A stretch of 64,000 nt of DNA. Source: Guillardia theta CCMP2712 (taxonomy: Eukaryota > Protista > Cryptophyta). Numbering within the stretch: position 1 is the first letter of the stretch; each line of letters opens with the position of its first letter. Made by a program: the position numbers and the translations under genes. Shown here in pieces: positions 61,854 through 64,000 of the stretch. Below the pieces are notes generated by a model, which made no database searches, was not told where the DNA came from, and was given only the letters and a program-made list of their open reading frames with translations. The stretch lies in NCBI RefSeq assembly GCF_000315625.1, contig NW_005434671.1:1-64000 (forward strand), written 5' to 3'.

Positions 61854-62175
61854 GCGATCGATGTACAAGCAGCAGAAGGGTTCCGTGTGGATTTTTTTAG
61901 ATTAGAAGTGATGAGATTGACATGAGTAAACATAATCATACTGTATGTACGTATGCTATTTTGGATGCTTGCCTTGCCTTCAGTTTGACATCAGACCAAA
62001 AGTTTTGTGTGCCTTGAGGGTTCAAGGTGAATCCATCAAAGACTACATAGCAGAAGTGCATATCAATCAAGTGTGTCATTATGCCTTATATTCGTCATTT
62101 ACATTACATTGTGATTTGCTTTCAGAACACCAACCTACAATACAACAGAACCTCAGCTCTTCTCTCGCCCAGTAC

Positions 62176-62560
62176 TCAACGATTCCATCCGGCTTGACAA
62201 GGAAGCTTCTTGCCGTCGATGCTGCCGCCTTCAAGTTCCCGGCAGGCCTCGATGTAGGCTATCGACCTCGAGAGACACAAGAGGCGCTTCTTTCCCTCCT
62301 CAGAGAAGGTGACGAAGGAGCATGGCTGGATGTCGAAGAAGATGTCCGGACGGTTTGGGTCTCGCAGTGGTTTGCTGTACATTGGAACCGAGCAGATGAC
62401 ACGAGTGCTTGACGTCAAGATGAAGTGAATAAGTTGTTGGACTGGAAGAGTCTTGCGACTTTTTGTTCTCTGTTTCGCAGAAGCAACGTAGGCCGAAGTT
62501 GTCGAGTTGCTCTTGCGCTCGTGCCTTCTTTTTCACGCCACAGTCGATAGTTGCTTCCGT
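62176..62560 (-). pseudogene. RRM-domain gene copy, apparently frameshifted near 62425
   Basis: PTLLLRNREQKVARLF then, in another frame, VICSVPMYSKPLRDPNRPDIFFDIQPCSFVTF..EACRELEGGSIDGKKLPC. Confidence 0.4.
62203..62362. repeat. Left arm of perfect 160-bp inverted repeat
   Basis: Exact reverse complement of 63826-63985. Confidence 0.95.
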
Positions 62561-63623
62561 TGTAAGCGTGGAAGGTCAATCAGTCTTCAGCCTTCTGTTT
62601 CCAGCTATGTTCTCAAACCCTATTTCCTTACTTCGTGGATTTACCTGCAACTGTGTTGCATTGACAAAGCTCCAGCGAACGAGCAATTGTTGTTGTGTTG
62701 TTGTGTTGCTAACTTCTTCCTGTTCTGTTTGTTTCCGATCTTCTTGTCCCACAGACACCCTCAGCCCTTTGAGACTGTTCCTCTCCTCCTCCTTCTCCTG
62801 TGCTTGACAGCCCCCGTGGCGTCGTCTAGGTCTTGGCTTGACTGGAGGATATGCTTCGTCTGCTGCAACCTTGATAGTGATGCCAAGGAGGCAGAAATCT
62901 TCCTTAAAACATTTTTCAAAAGTATTTATGCTAGAAAGATGCCTTTTCGACTCATTGTTCCTTTTACTACAGACTGGGGGGCAAAAAGGAGGCTGGCCGC
63001 CTTACACATTTTTGGAAGATACGACGAATTCATTCCCCGAGTTTCAAATTCGAACCCCCAGCTTTTGAGATCTTGTGGCTGTCACACCCCGCCCCTCCTC
63101 CACTTCTCCCCTTTGAAAGAGGGGGTGGGTCCCATATTTCAAGGATACATGACAGAATTGCAGAGACTCTTCATGTAAACCCAAGAAGTCAGGGGACGAC
63201 CAGTGCTTCGAAAAAGTCTCTCTTGGACCCAGGGGCCGCCCGTATCGTGACCTGGCGCGTGATATTGGGTGGGATAGTATGACAGTTTGCCCGGGGCGGA
63301 CCGGGTTTATTATTATACTCTCCTTCTAATGACATTATTACTACTAGTACTCTCCCAGAGTCACTCGGCGATGTACTGGCAGTCAACCTGTCACAAGGTT
63401 GACACGGCCCGGTCGCGGCGGTCGCCGGGGCCCGGGCCACCGTCTTCTCGATAAAATCATCGAAAAGGATAGTTATCGTATCTCACACAGGAGGGAACAG
63501 GATTCTTTTCAGGACTTTCCCCGCTCCCTCCCAAAAAAAGAGCATCCCCCTACTCGCAATCCCTGCTTCCCACACTTGCGGCTCATTCCTTCTTCCCTCA
63601 CTTGTCATCAGGCCCAATATAAT

Positions 63624-63717
63624 TGCCTCCTGCCTTCTGCCTCCTGCCTCCTGTCACTCCTGCCTCCTGCCTCCTGCCTCCTGCCTCCTGCCTCCTGCCT
63701 CCTGCCTCCTGCCTCCT
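63624..63717. repeat. 7-bp tandem repeat (TGCCTCC)n
   Basis: Read directly, with a few variant units. Confidence 0.9.
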
Positions 63718-63769
63718 ATACCTCGTGATCCTCCTGTCGTTCCCTCCAACACAAGATCCCCTCGTGTAG

Positions 63770-64000
63770 ATTCTGTGCAGCACCTGGAAGATGCGAAAAT
63801 ACTCCGCTGATGGTAAGCCAATACTAGACCCAAACCGTCCGGACATCTTCTTCGACATCCAGCCATGCTCCTTCGTCACCTTCTCTGAGGAGGGAAAGAA
63901 GCGCCTCTTGTGTCTCTCGAGGTCGATAGCCTACATCGAGGCCTGCCGGGAACTTGAAGGCGGCAGCATCGACGGCAAGAAGCTTTCATGCCAGAGTGCC
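63770..64000 (+). CDS. Partial RRM-domain gene running off the window; contains the right arm of the inverted repeat (63826-63985)
   Basis: ILCSTWKMRKYSADGKPILDPNRPDIFFDIQPCSFVTF..EACRELEGGSIDGKKLSCQ. Confidence 0.5.
   Translation, partial: MLCSTWKMRKYSADGKPILDPNRPDIFFDIQPCSFVTFSEEGKKRLLCLSRSIAYIEACRELEGGSIDGKKLSCQSA

Overview
Eukaryotic nuclear DNA from a gene-dense alga with short (~35-55 nt) spliceosomal introns. A signal-peptide+Phe bipartite plastid leader, TTTAGGG telomere repeats and a flagellar gene point to a secondary red-plastid flagellate, most likely a cryptophyte such as Guillardia theta (inference). The window appears to start at or near a left chromosome end. Bases 65-3473 hold a nested array of three copies of one intronless element, separated by (CCCTAAA)n tracts. 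All copies carry an RRM-like ORF on the minus strand and are cut at different points on the telomere-distal side. The two young copies each end proximally in their own homogeneous 19-20 bp tandem array fused to telomere repeat, and the junctions contain captured DNA. No reverse transcriptase is present in the window. This array is the best candidate for an undescribed system. The rest is ordinary-to-odd gene space: REX1-B, ODA-docking complex subunit, secreted HEXXH peptidase, four-domain channel with an unusual D/D/K/D filter, CDP-alcohol phosphotransferase, plastid fibrillin, catalytically degenerate HIBCH-like protein, ankyrin protein with a 39-bp minisatellite, Myb fused to a dead thioesterase, SDR, Crinkler-type REase fragment, kelch/PMP/multi-TM receptor-like gene, intronless KHA-NEK-beta-helix kinase, and an inverted RRM gene pair sharing a perfect 160-bp tract. 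Gene boundaries are manual estimates and no database searches were run.
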